From Guillardia theta CCMP2712 (lineage: Eukaryota > Protista > Cryptophyta): a stretch of 64,000 nt of DNA. Under the pieces are notes generated by a model. The model ran no database searches. It worked only from the letters and a program-made list of their open reading frames with translations, and was not told the origin of the DNA. The DNA lies in NCBI RefSeq assembly GCF_000315625.1, contig NW_005434664.1, positions 855,662 through 919,661 of the forward strand. The letters are read 5' to 3'. Position numbers and translations under genes: made by a program. Below, piece by piece: positions 47,923 through 60,352 of this stretch (the first letter of the stretch is position 1; each line of letters starts with the position of its first letter).

Positions 47923-50900
47923 TCATATGACCTTCAAGGTCTTGGTGATCTGATCGACCTGCTTGACGATCTTCGACCGTCTCAGCTTGGATTTAGAGAT
48001 CTCTTCTTCGATGCTCACCACGTCCCTCCATGCGAAGAGACGCATGAACTCGATGAGGTCAATCTTCCCGTCTGCTGACACGCTACACCCCAGCTGCATC
48101 AGGTCCACGTCTTCCATTCTCAGCTTCTGGAAGCCTCTTCGCAGCTCTGCCTGGGTCACCACAAAGTCTCCGTTGTTGTCGAGAAACGTGAAGGCGTCAG
48201 TCACCCGGTCGAACACAGCCTGCAGCCGCTTCTGGATCGTTGCATGCTTCCCGGTCAGCTGGTGTCGAGCTCGGATCGCCACGGGCCCCGCGCGTCTCTG
48301 CTCGGGGTTGATGTGCATGGCGGCCTTGAGGAGCTTCTTGTTGTTGGTCTCCTTCCTGCTCTTGTTGGCCCGCGCGATCGCCTGGAGCCTGACGATCTTC
48401 TTCATGTCTCTGTCATCGAACTCCGACTTTCCCTCCATCTCCAGCAGCTGACTCGCCAGTCGCTCTCGCCGATGCTTCTTCCTCGCCTGCATTCCCCGCA
48501 TCCTCTTCTGGATCAGCGTGGCCGCCAGCTTGTGCTTCGACTCGTGCATGATCGTCGCGCTCTCCATGTAGCAGTCCTGCAGCCGAGACATGAAGTCCTT
48601 GAACTGAGCGAACGTGAGCTCGTGGGTGTCGTTGGTCCCCTCGCTCCCTCCTCCAAGGTTCCTCCTCCTCGCCGACTGCCTGAACGACCTGACGACGTCC
48701 GTCTTGCTCAGGCAGCTGGGGATGAGGTGGTAGTGCTCGACCAGGTTGATCGCCTCCCCGAGGCTCATGGTGGTCAGTCGACCTGACGTCACTCCCATCG
48801 CTGTCTCGTCGCTGTTGAAGCTGTTGAAGAGCTTCTCGTTCACCTGCAGCCGCACGTCCCCGAACACAACCTGCAGCTCTTCCTCCTCCTCCTCCTCCTC
48901 CTCCTCCTCCTCGCTCGCAGACGTGATCCCGTCGTCAGACGCCATCTCCACCTCCTTCTCATACACGCTCTTGGCCCGCGTCATTCGCCCCGTGCTCGCG
49001 CTCGAGGACGTGCGGCCGACCTTGACGTGCGGGAGCTGGTCGAGAGGGACGAGGAGATGCTGGTCTGCTGCTGAGCCCCTGCTGGGAAGGGTTCGAAACT
49101 TCATCCTGATTCCCTGCCGCACTGGAGCCACAGAGGTCAGCAAGGCCAGAGAGAGAAAGGGAGGAAGGAGAAAGGAGGAAGGAGGAAGGAGGAAGGAGGA
49201 GGGAGGAGGGAGGACGAGTGGGCAGTCACCTGAACGACGATTGAGGGAGATGATATTCCGGACTGACTTGTCGAAACTGTCGGAGAAGGGGAGGATGGCT
49301 CGAAAAAGCGACTGAACTTTGTCCACCTCGAAGGTGAGACCGCTCCTGAAGAGAATCTCCTGCACCTGCTCCAGCGTAGCCCCGTACGAATCCTGCAGTA
49401 TGACCTCCAGCACAGCCTTGAGCAGCGCAGAGCCGAACATGCCCTCCATCCGGCTCAGCAGGTCGTCCGACACGATCTCGCTGGTGTTGGACTTGAGCTG
49501 GCGCAAGGACAGGGGATGGATCTTGAGCTTGATGTAGGACTCGATGCAAGCTGCGAGGCTGCGAAGGTAGAGCGGGTTGTCAGCCTGCGCTCGACCGAGG
49601 ATGGGCTTCAGGTCCTGGGTGATCTTCCTGGCCCCGGTGGACAAGAGCATGCGCTGGAAGATGACTCTCTTCTCCGTGTCGTTGAGGGGCGGCAGAACGA
49701 TGTGGGCGAGAGGGTTGGGATGTTTCAGCCCTCGGAGGCTCTCGGCACAGGGGTTCTTGCTGTCCACTGTGAAGAGGACGAGGAGGGAGCCCTTGCAGAT
49801 CGCCACGAGCCGGCAGATCAACTCTCTCTCCTCCTCGTCCAGCCCGTCCAGGATCAAGAGGAGTTTCTGCCGGGTGGTCAGCACCAAAGGGAGGAGGAAG
49901 GGAGGTCTCACGGAGTTGACGTCTCGATACCTCGCAAGCTCCGCCACCCTGTCTCGCAGGATCTCCTGGCAGGGCGTTCAGACACGCCTCGATGCGAGTC
50001 AGCGGCTACCTCAAGACGCTTCCAGCTAGCAGGGAAGATGTCTTGCTCGTCGAGCACAGCAGAGCAGAGGTAGGAGAGGACGTCTTTGGTGGTGTGCCAG
50101 ACCTGCAGTCCAGGTAAGGGCGGGGAGAGGGAGGAGCTGAGAAAATGTACCATCTTGAAGAAGTAGATCATCTTGAAGTTCTGCTCGTCGAAGATCGCAA
50201 AGTCCTGCTGCACAACCCTTGCTAGGATGTCGTCGTCGTTCTTCAGCAGGACGTCAGCTGGGGGATGGCTGTCGTCGTGCACTTTCAGCTCGCTCTCGCT
50301 GCCCACGTTGAGGTTGGTCAGCACTTGCTTCACCATCTCCGGTGTGCCCGGCCGGTTCTTGGACAGCGAGAAGTTCATGGCAGCGACGATGCCGAGGGTG
50401 GCGCTTTGGAGCTTGCTGGGCCGCTTCTCCTCCTTGGCGTCTGCGGCGAGGTGACTCTTGAAGGCGCTGGGCTTGAGGACTTGGACGAACTTGGCGAGGA
50501 GGGAGGACTTGCCGCTGCCATGCTCGCCCGTCAGGTACGACACCAGCACTCCCTGCAGGAAGAGGCACTGGAAGAGCCTCCTCAACGTCTGCACTTGGCT
50601 GCCGTTGTCAGCAAACACCAGCGGCTGAACGTAGGACATGACAATCTGCTCCTGCCGCGCCTGCTCCGTCAAGAGTCTGTTCACTGCCACCTTCGAGCGC
50701 GAGCAGGGGAAGCGCTGGCGAAGAACGTTCCAGAGCCGCGAGAAGACAGTCATGCCGAACTCCTCCATGCCCACCAGGCTCACGTGCTTGCAGCTCTTCC
50801 TGGCATCAGTGGAAGACACGTCTTGGTTGGGAGCGTAGGAGTGGAACCTCGGGGAGTAGTGGACGACGTTGGGACTGGCGGTCTTGTTGAGGAGGCTCTT

Positions 50901-53900
50901 GAACTTATGGTTCTTGCCCATGGCCGTCTCGTCTCGCTCTATGAAGTACTCGCGCACCTGCGGCGGCACCTGGGCCTGGAACTCCGGGTCCGAGAGGAAG
51001 GCGTTGTCTCTGATGCAGATGAGCGAGTCGTTGGGCCTCTCGAACGTCCAGCCGCGCAGCTCGTTGAACTCACCGTGAAGGCCTGCAGGAGCATCAGACG
51101 AGGGACTGAGAGGAGGGACTTCACCGCATCGGGTCTCGAGCTCTTGCACAGACACTCCTTTCCTGACGGCCTCCATCATCTTGCTGAAGTCACCCTGCTT
51201 CAAGAGTGAAGATCGCTCCAGCCTCCTCGTGTCCCTGCTGTCCACGATCCTCCCTCTCTTCTCCCCGATCAGCGACACCATCAGGCACTGCTTCATCTTC
51301 CTCGCCCTGCTGTCGAAGTTCCTCACGCTGCAGGAGAGGAGGGTCTCCAGTCTCTGGATGATGTCGTCTCGGTTCCCGTGCACCATGGAGGAGGACAGAT
51401 CCTTCCACTGCAGTCGCAGCCGCAGGTCCAGGCACTTGATGGCCAGAGCTGGGAAGACGTACCGGTTAAGGAACTCCCGCTCAGCATGCATGTCGTCCAG
51501 GTTGCTGCTGAGGTAGATGTCAACCGTATCCCAAGACCCGTCGACGTCTTGGAAGGATTGGCCGAGGATGAAGCTCGTCTGAATGAGGCTGCTCTCCTCG
51601 TCGCGGATCTGGGAGACTACAGTCTCCAGCATCTTGGACGGCATCACCTTCCTCTGCGACTGCTTCGTCGAGAACCGAAACTGCAGGTCCAGCGTCGCCT
51701 TGCGCAGCATCGGATTCCCGTCCATCCCCGACGACTTCCAGGTGACAGGCTTCTTGGTGCCTACCTTGCAGATCTCGTAGGTGCGGGAGAACTTCTCGTC
51801 GTGCTTTGAGTGACACTCAGCTAAGACGTCCTCTACCGACACCACGATCTCCCCCAGCACGCTCTTCACGCCCTTGTCATGGCACAGCACCACAACCTCC
51901 TGGTTCACGTCATGAATTAGCAGATGCACGGCTTGTTCGAAGGACGGGTAAACAAAGTCTCCCCCGCTGTTGCTGACATGTCACAACATACAGGCTGCAA
52001 CCTTCACCTCTACCTGAATTTTGCTTGATGAACATGTTCCTGTGACGATCGAAGGTTCCTTGAACCAACAGGGTCAGGAGATGTACAGGAGTGCTGAGCT
52101 GCTTACGATGATCCTGACTTGTTCTCTTGCCGATGAATACCTCTCAACTGCACTGTTACGATCGGTTCCGCAATGTTTGTGTGATCAGGTCGAGGCCAAT
52201 TGTTTCCACGACTAATGTACACCTCGATCGCCTGCACCATAGTCATTATCTTCATCATCGTTGTCAATAATCGTTCTATCATCATCACCTCTATCATCAT
52301 CATCGTAGTCGTTATCAACATCAACATCATCATCATCATCATCATCTCCATCATCATCATCTCCATCATCATCAACAACAACAACATAGTCATTATCATC
52401 TCCATCGTCGTCGTCGTCGTCATCATCGTCAGCATTGCTACCGATGTTACAAAGAAAGATTCGATTACATCTTACCTTGATGTATTCGCTGAATTTGATG
52501 AGAGCAACACCGTCGACGTTTCCTTTCGACCTGTCTGCTTCTGGGCATCTGATCTCCAAAATGTCTATAAGGTCTGAAGGAACCTGCGCCGCGTCTGCGA
52601 TGTGAACACAAAGAGTTCGCTCGTACTCCCTACGAGGCTTCTCGTGGATCCAGGTCTTGTAGGGTATCGACACGGTGAGGAAGAGAAAGTCTTCCTTGTC
52701 CGACTCGTCCCATAGAGAGACGAGATCCAAGAATTCCCTCGTGTACTTGAGCGGGGAGTCGGGGACCTTGAGGTATGACCCCAGCTTAAGGATGCTCTCA
52801 TTCTCGAGTGAGTACTTCTCCATCCCGCTCTTGTGCAGCAGCGATCGGGACGATTGAATCCTCTCCGTCAGCTTCTCCAGGGAAAATGAGAACTTGTGCG
52901 TCGTGTCGGCGTCAAAGAAGGAAGGAATGCCGTACTCTTGAGCTCGCATCAGCTGGATTTTGACGTGCACGTATCTCATCACATCGTCAACTAACAATTT
53001 TCTCCCTTCCAGCTTCTCCACGTTCTGCTTTGTTTCTTCAACTTTCCCAGACTGACCTTTGACCTTCTTCTTTCCCGATGGAGTTCGTGAAAGCTGCTCA
53101 TATTGAGCAATCTCATCCGTGAGTTCGTCGTAAATTTGAGAAACGACGTCTTGAAAATAGCTCACAATTTCTTCACAATCGTGTTTGACAACATTTCGCT
53201 TGGAGGAATAAGCTGCCGTGAACAACATGCTCGGTTTCTCAAACAGCATACGAAAGTTGTCCCGGAGAAACTCCTTGTAGGCGACCAACCTTGAATCGAG
53301 AGCCGCGTCGCTCTCGATAGCAATCCAATGTCGCTGTAAGCAGCGTCAGACATGACATGAATCAACAAGAACAGGCAACCTCGTAGGTGTCGATGATAGA
53401 CTGTATTCCGTTCTCAAGCAACTTTCTCCATAGAAAACGAAGATCACACATAATCAATTCGAAAGCTCGCCAATCGTGTTTGCTCGCAATGATTTCAGGA
53501 AGAACGATGTAAGCATTTGGTTCTGGAACACTCCATGAACAGTCGAAGTTGGGATCAGCTATGGAGATAGCATTTTGCTTGATCGCAACGTATATCTTGT
53601 ACAGTAGCGACAAGTCCTTGGGCATCACAAGCGTGAAATGCAGGAGATGTTTCATTTCGTTCTCTTTCTTGGTAGATATCAAGGTCAAACTCGATCTTCG
53701 TGATCGCACCATGACTAATCATGCAAGCCGTTAGAGCGCTGTGAAGGAGGAGAAGCAGGGGCATCGGTCTCACCTTTCGTGCTCTTGCGATGCAGCCCGT
53801 CCAGGAAAGCCTTCTTCCTCTGCTCGAACGGGCTGTCGCCTCCAGCTGCAGAGTGCTTTCTTCCTTCGTGCCCTTGGAAGGGGAGGGCAGCAGCACTTGA

Positions 53901-54202
53901 GTCGGATGTATGGGAGGACAGGAGATGGGTCGATCCCCGACTTGACCCTTAGGCTGACTATCATGATGGTGGAAAACTTGATACAAGCAGATGCCCTTGC
54001 GCATGCGGAGGCTGAAGTAAGGAAGCTCATTCAAGGCAGTCCTCGCTCCTCCCGTCAGCCTGAAGGCGTCGAGGCTTCCACGAGGATATCGCCAACTGTG
54101 CTTGCCGACGCTTCCGGCGTCTCTGAGAGAGTCAGGCGAAGCCATCGCGTCGTTGACTTCAGTGCTCTCTCACTTGAGAGTCAGCGCTTTTCTTCCCGCC
54201 AT
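47923..54202 (-). CDS. Large STAND/NACHT NTPase with C2, DUF4062-like, p25alpha-like, IQ and EF-hand regions
   Basis: IYLSSNLDDMHAEREFLNRYVFP (TEP1/NWD-type N-domain), Walker A GEHGSGKS, Walker B LLILDGLDE, IQKRMRGMQARK, LQAIARANKSRK, DNNGDFVVTQAE and ADGKIDLIEF; C2-like IEVYISRGNNWP...EPIVTVQL. Confidence 0.75.
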
Positions 54203-54339
54203 CCTCGGCGTTACTGATGCAACCCACTGCCAGTCTGCTTTGGTGCCGCCAGGGACCCTGCGACCGGGCCATGGACGGTCCATCATGATTCTAACGGCTC
54301 CACCCCTCGTCCCAGCTCGCCTCAGAACTTTCAGTCATG

Positions 54340-54720
54340 TTACGGCGGATCGAATTACAGCCGGGCGGCCAGTAGTGTCACGCCGCCGGGGTGCCACCAA
54401 CGGGCTCGGGCGGCCCGCCGACCGCCGGTCACCGTGACGGTGAACTCGAACTGAGCTGTGCCACCACTGGCTGTGACGGACGCCGCGGCCACGGTGACCG
54501 GCCCGGGCGACCGTACGGCCGGCGGTCCGATCACATGGTGATGAAGCGGGCCATCCGTGCCGCGCGGCGCGGCGTGCGGCAAAAAAATCCGAGTGTCGGT
54601 GACCGGCGGCGGCGGACTCCGGGTTCAGTGTCCTCGCGCCGCGGCGTCCGGGAGCCGGCAGTGCCGCCGGCCTGCGGGCCGGCCCCGGCGGCGGATGGCA
54701 AGTTCGCCGAGGCGGGCTTC
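54340..54720. promoter_or_regulatory. GC-rich intergenic island, class I, copy 5 (between divergent genes)
   Basis: GTCACCGTGACGGTGAAC, GAACTGAGCTGTGCCACC 54448, CACGGTGACC. Confidence 0.5.
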
Positions 54721-54739
54721 TGTTCATATAAACAAATAG

Positions 54740-56530
54740 GGTCCCCACCCTATTGGACATCATCCCCCACCCCTGCACTTTCCCTAGTACTACCCAGGCT
54801 TGGAAAGAGAGCTCGAACCCCTTTCATGCGTCTACCCCCCTCTTCGAGGTGGGTCTTCTTACGCTTCGTCGTAAGAGAGGCGGCCCCCGATCAACTCGGA
54901 CTCTCGTGACTGAGGACGTGAACCGAAAGGCTCTCCCGCTGGATGCCGGGGGTGGGGGTGGACAAGGAAGGGGTGTGCCTCCAAGAACAGGGTTGTGAGA
55001 TGGAAAGGATGAAATTTCAGGGGTAGGGTAGTAGTTCCTAAAACACTGAAATGGTTGAGCGGGGACGAGGGTCAGGTTGAGATAGTGGAGAACGAACCCC
55101 CAAACCGGTCTATATCCGGGAGAGAGTCAGAGGGGTCCGGTGGTCCATGGCATAATTCACAACCAGGGAGGTGGGGTAGGACGGAATCACAGAGATTCAC
55201 ATAGCTTTTCTTACGTGACCCCCCACACAATCTAAAGGCCATTTTGACAAGAGTTCTTCAAAATGGTGAATTATCAACATTTATATCCAAATTGATACAT
55301 TTAATTTTAAATATCCCAACAAAAAAGTGATGACAGGTTCTGATTAGAAGGTGTGTTGGAAAACTAGCATGTGAGGTCGCTAGCCTGTGTGGGTAGGGGT
55401 GAATATTGGGAACAAGGGGGGGTTAAGTACGTACTCACTTCTTGAGGGGTGGGGGTTCAAGCTTGGATGAACAGAAAGTTTGTGGTTCACGGTTGGGGTG
55501 AACACCAAGAGCGAGGTCGAGGGGTGGGGTAGTAGGATTTGATCGGGGTGTGACCACCTCATATTTCTAGTCCGCTAGACTGGCAATATTAGGGTGGGTA
55601 GTATCACGTGATGCACACATGAGGCTTGAATGTCTTTACCTCATCCTTTAGTATGCTTATTCTAATCAAAGTTGGCGATCTTTTTTTTTAGAGAAGAGAA
55701 GATCCACACAATCAATCGTGAAGCTACTATATAAACATTCATGAAGCGGATAGATAATTGCTCATCAACGCCATAAAAGGCAGAAGAGGGGGGCGGTAAA
55801 GGATGGGAGGGTGGGCTGTTCAAAAATGGTGGTAGGGGTACCAGTAAGCCGAGGGTACATCCTTCGCAGTGTGGTGGGCAAAGGGGTGGTACGTATAAGA
55901 ACCATAGCGAGGCGTAGAGGGAAATGATGGGGTAGGGGTGTGAAGTTTTGGTATCATGAAATCAATCAGGGTGGTAATGGGTAGTTGGCAAAGGTCTATC
56001 CCGGGGGTAGGGTGATTCAAGGAGGGCGGCATCCTTGTGGAATATTGCATAGTTGGGGGTTGGAGCCAATTTGTTCATCAAAGTTAGGGTGGGGTGGTAA
56101 AATGAGGGTTGGTATAATGAAGGGTAGGTGGTGTGTGAGTGGAGTGAAATTGAAGGGTGGGGTGGGGGTTGAAACATGAAAGGAATTGTAAGGGGGCGGG
56201 GGTCCATTTGGCGCGTGGGGGACGAGAGGTCTCTAAGAGGTGGGGTGATACGAAAAGGGGGGTATAGTCCATCACCGGTTATGTCAAATCATGGATAAAG
56301 CACCGGTGTTCGATAGAATTTTAAACTAGCTGGTACAAGGGATTTGTACACCGGTATATTTCAGCATTTTTTGATGGTATGAACAGGGTGGGGTAACAGG
56401 AATTGTCTAGGGTGGGTACCATCAACAGGGCTTGGACCGGGTGATGCAATATTTTTGCGAAGGGTGGGGTGGTTACGTATAGGGTCCCCGGGTCAATGGG
56501 GTGGGGGGGTTAAGTGGGATGACGGGGTGG
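54740..56530. repeat. ACCCC/GGGGT strand-skew domain, class II, copy 4
   Basis: Short C-run arm 54740-54890, then ~1.6 kb of GGGGT/GGGTA runs with AT-rich patches ending just upstream of the atpC ATG. Confidence 0.55.
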
Positions 56531-56565
56531 CAGAACGCGAACCCCCAGTCGCCGCGTCCTCCGCC

Positions 56566-57657
56566 ATGTACAGACCGGCGCTGCTCCTTGCGCTCTGCGC
56601 TGCCGCTTCTGCCTTCCAGGCTCCGTTCCTCTCTTCTTCCTCATTCAGAGGAGCTTCTCTTGCCAAGGGAGTCACCCCTGCTGCTCCTCGTGCTCGCGCA
56701 TGTGGACCTATGATGGGTATCAAGGAGCTCAGAGATCGTGTCACCTCGGTGAAGAACACCAAGAAGATCACCTCTGCTATGCGCCTCGTTGCTGCTGCCA
56801 AGGTTCGTCGTGCTCAGGATGCCGTTCTCAAGACCAGGCCCTTCTCCGAGACCCTCCAGAAGGTTCTCGGTGGATTGATCCAGCGCTTGAAGAAGGACAA
56901 CTTCGACTCCCCTCTCATGACCGAGCGCGCTGTCAAGAAGGTTCTCCTCGTGATCATGACCGGCGACCGTGGACTTTGCGGAGGATACAACTCGTATGCC
57001 ATCAAGAAGGCAGAGGGTCGTATCAGGGAGCTCTTGGCCCAGAACATCGAGGTCGACCTCGTCACCATTGGAAACAAGGGAAACCAGTACTTCAAGAAGC
57101 GATACAACGTTGTCAACAGCTACACCATCGGAAACTCTCCCACCGCTGATCAGGCCACTCCTATCGCCCAGAACCTCCTCGCCACCTACCTCGCTGGAGA
57201 TGCTGACCGTGTTGAGCTCCTCTACACCAAGTTCACCTCCCTCATCTCTTCTGAGCCATCTGTCCGCACTATGCTTCCCCTTAGCCCAACTGGTATCGAG
57301 GCCGAGGGTGATGAGATCTTCCTCATGACCTCCAAGGATGGAAGCTTTGGTGTTGAGCGTGCTAGCTCGGGCAAGGTGGAGCCCCAGCAGTTCCCCAAGG
57401 ACATGATCTTCGAGCAGGATCCTGAGCAGATTCTTTCCGCTATCCTTCCCCTCTACTTCAACGGTCAGATCCTCCGCCAGATGCAGGAGTCTGTCGCCTC
57501 CGAGCTTGCTGCTCGTATGACCGCCATGCAGTCTGCCTCTGACAACGCTTCTGACCTCATCAGGGACCTTACCAGGCAGATGAACCGTCAGCGTCAGGCT
57601 GCCATCACACAGGAGATCTCTGAGATCGTTGCGGGAGCTTCCTCGGGTGCCAACTAA
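56566..57657 (+). CDS. atpC: Plastid ATP synthase CF1 gamma subunit precursor
   Basis: MYRPALLLALCAAASA-FQAP bipartite leader; KKITSAMRLVAAAKVRRAQ, GDRGLCGGYN, SELAARMTAM and RQAAITQEISEIVAGA; plastid/cyanobacterial beta-hairpin insert; intronless. Confidence 0.97.
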   Translation: MYRPALLLALCAAASAFQAPFLSSSSFRGASLAKGVTPAAPRARACGPMMGIKELRDRVTSVKNTKKITSAMRLVAAAKVRRAQDAVLKTRPFSETLQKVLGGLIQRLKKDNFDSPLMTERAVKKVLLVIMTGDRGLCGGYNSYAIKKAEGRIRELLAQNIEVDLVTIGNKGNQYFKKRYNVVNSYTIGNSPTADQATPIAQNLLATYLAGDADRVELLYTKFTSLISSEPSVRTMLPLSPTGIEAEGDEIFLMTSKDGSFGVERASSGKVEPQQFPKDMIFEQDPEQILSAILPLYFNGQILRQMQESVASELAARMTAMQSASDNASDLIRDLTRQMNRQRQAAITQEISEIVAGASSGAN

Positions 57658-58075
57658 GTTGTTAACAGTATGATGATATAAACAAGGAGAACGGATTCTT
57701 TGATACGCTGGTGATGTAAATCTCCATGCGACTGCGGCCTTCTGTTATTCCTGTACATCAATCCGATACGTGTCCTGATCGAATGTTCCTGTAACTTGTT
57801 GGTTCCTTCCAACAAATCGTCAATAGAATAGTGCAAAAGGTATGTAAGGTGTGCATCGATGTCTGCCGTTGGCATGGTGTCCAATCGCTGAAGATCAAAG
57901 TTGATGTAAACAATTGGATTCAGTATAAACATTGGTAGGCAAAGAAGCATGTTCTTCGTGAAATTTTCACCAAGGAACATTTGCTCGACTTCTTTATGAT
58001 TCATCATACAGCATCATCCTAGAATTCCAAGCCAACCGCCACGTGGTGAAGCAACCAACTCGATGACCTGAACAA

Positions 58076-59153
58076 TCACTTTTTCGGCTTGTGTATCCTG
58101 TAGCCATAAATTCTTGGTACATATCGTTCCGTTTGTCTTGGCGGTTTGATGTCTGGATACTGTAGCAGAAGAAGATGAGGAAGGGAAGTGGTGAAGAAAG
58201 CTCCGTCAAGTCTGGATTTAGCGGTGTACATGTCCTCACAGCTAGGACAAAAAACCTACACACGGTCAAGAGTCAGCAAGCCTTCATCCGTGCCGACACA
58301 CACGACCAACCTTGACCGCTTCTTCGTGCGGCACGTCTGAAATAGCTGCTGGCAAAACCTTCCAAGGATAGATTCGTGTCAAATTCAATTATGGACAGAT
58401 CGAGGGGCAAAGTTTCTCACTGGCTGATCTTTGCAGAATACTCGGGGGCATCTGCCATATTCCGCATTGTAGTACTTTTCAAGAACCGCGTTGAGGCCAG
58501 CGCTTGTTAAAACGTATCTTGCATGTATCAGACCATACAAATATTCGGCAGAAGATTCAATTTTGGCCTATCATAAATCTCATGAATCAAATCACAAAGG
58601 ACTTCTCATGTTAAGACGTACCTGTCTGTCATCAGTTGGCGTCTCTTCCATTCTTTCAATGTCCAAAATCATATCCAACGCTTCATTATAATGGCTGAAG
58701 GTAAGTAAGAAAAATTGGGAATCGACCATGCTGTCTGTTTCTTACGGCACGAGAGCGCGTAGGCCATAGAGATTAAAGTTGTCTTCTACAAATTCTCTGT
58801 CAACCTGAAAATCGATTTCAGATGTTAACCAGATTTTGAAATCTTCACTATTGCGAGGAAAGAAGTTATCTCACCTCGCATAGGAATTCATGCCCTTTTC
58901 TCGAGCAAAACCATCCAATCCAGCTATATTCAGCATCATCTTCACTCGTCGAGTATTCATAGTCATCTCTATCTGAAACTTCTCCCATCACGAAGTAACC
59001 AATTTAGCAAGGCCGATGCTCTTCTCGATATTTTGTGCTGTCTGGAAAATCAAACCGAAATCAGTCAAACGATGGAACAAATGGACGCATCAACAGAATC
59101 GAGCAATGTCTGTACATACAAATGTCGTTATTCTCATAGCTATCTGATCCCAT
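58076..59153 (-). CDS. CKB: Casein kinase II regulatory beta subunit
   Basis: Spliced: [17 protein letters not shown]|[20 protein letters not shown]|[11 protein letters not shown]...[12 protein letters not shown]...YGRCPRVFC...[10 protein letters not shown]...LDGAFF...[11 protein letters not shown]...* (TGA 58076-58078); start 59153 inferred. Confidence 0.95.
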
Positions 59154-59569
59154 TTCTCCACAGTTTGTATGATCGCATGGAGAATACTATCTAATTGGTA
59201 ATCACTGTAAAACTCTTAGTCCTTGAAATCTACTGAACCTTTGATATGCAACCTTGATAGCATAGCCTTACTCGAATAAGTCGCCAAGCATCCACACTTC
59301 AACAAGACAGAAATGGTAGGGACATTGACAGAGAGACTTTTGGCCTCCATCTCTGAATCGCCATTTAGTAGGGATTCAATGTCCCTGAGCAGGAGCAGGG
59401 GCATCATCGATGCTACTTTGTCCGGCCCCTCATCGTCATGCTGCCTGCATGCTCCCTCCGCCCATAGAACACGACATCACATACATGTCATATCAGTGCC
59501 AAGACCATTCTGCTGCTTCTATCGCAGCTTCCAGCATCACCTCCACTCTCTACTCCTCCAGCCTGCATG

Positions 59570-60340
59570 CCGCCTCTGCCCCTACCGCGGCCCTCTTCCC
59601 CACCCTACCCACCCCCTGCCTAATATCTTTCAAAGGACCGGTAGTTTTGAGCATGAATTTCTCTAGAAAGTGGTCAGGGGGCAACACCCCTACCCCCTCA
59701 TTCTACCAGCTATTCATGCATCCCGCCAAGGCCTATTCATATTTTAAAAATTATTTTTCCAGTAACATTGTAAAACAGTACTGTATTGACGTTTCATTAC
59801 GGAAGCATTTTGTACCAGGCACAAATCAGCAAGGGAGTATGTGGTAGCAAACTTCACGAGCCATTAGTTTTATTTCTCAGCAACAATCGATCAAATATTG
59901 GTTTTAAATGTAATCTGTAGCTTGCTCATAATAAATATTATACAAAGACATCACTATCGGAGTTACTCATTACAAATTTAGTACCAATAGCTGAATCTGC
60001 TTCTTGAAATAACGCTTTCATACTCTTTTATGGTACACTACAGACCGTACTCTTTAGTACCGAGCCAGCACTGCCATGATGAGTCCTCCCGGAGTCTCGG
60101 CCATCCGGGCCCCGGCCCACCGGACAGTACCCTACGGTCCACTTGTAGGGTTGTAATAGAGAAGGACCCGGTCCTTTTCCAGATGTGTCTGCCGCACATT
60201 TTATGAAAGGTGGGTGGTCACACATACCCATGACATCGACCGTAATTTATTGTAAAAATGAGGGGTAGTGGGTACAAATGCATTTTGATACCATAGTGGG
60301 GTAGGCTTGAGAGGCATGGGTTGGTGCCGGGGGTGGGGTG
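59570..60340. repeat. ACCCC/GGGGT strand-skew domain, class II, copy 5 (between divergent CK2-beta and ABCD genes)
   Basis: C-run arm 59570-59700, very AT-rich core 59740-60030, small GC patch 60060-60150, G-run arm 60200-60340. Confidence 0.55.
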
Positions 60341-60352
60341 ACGTCAAGCGCC

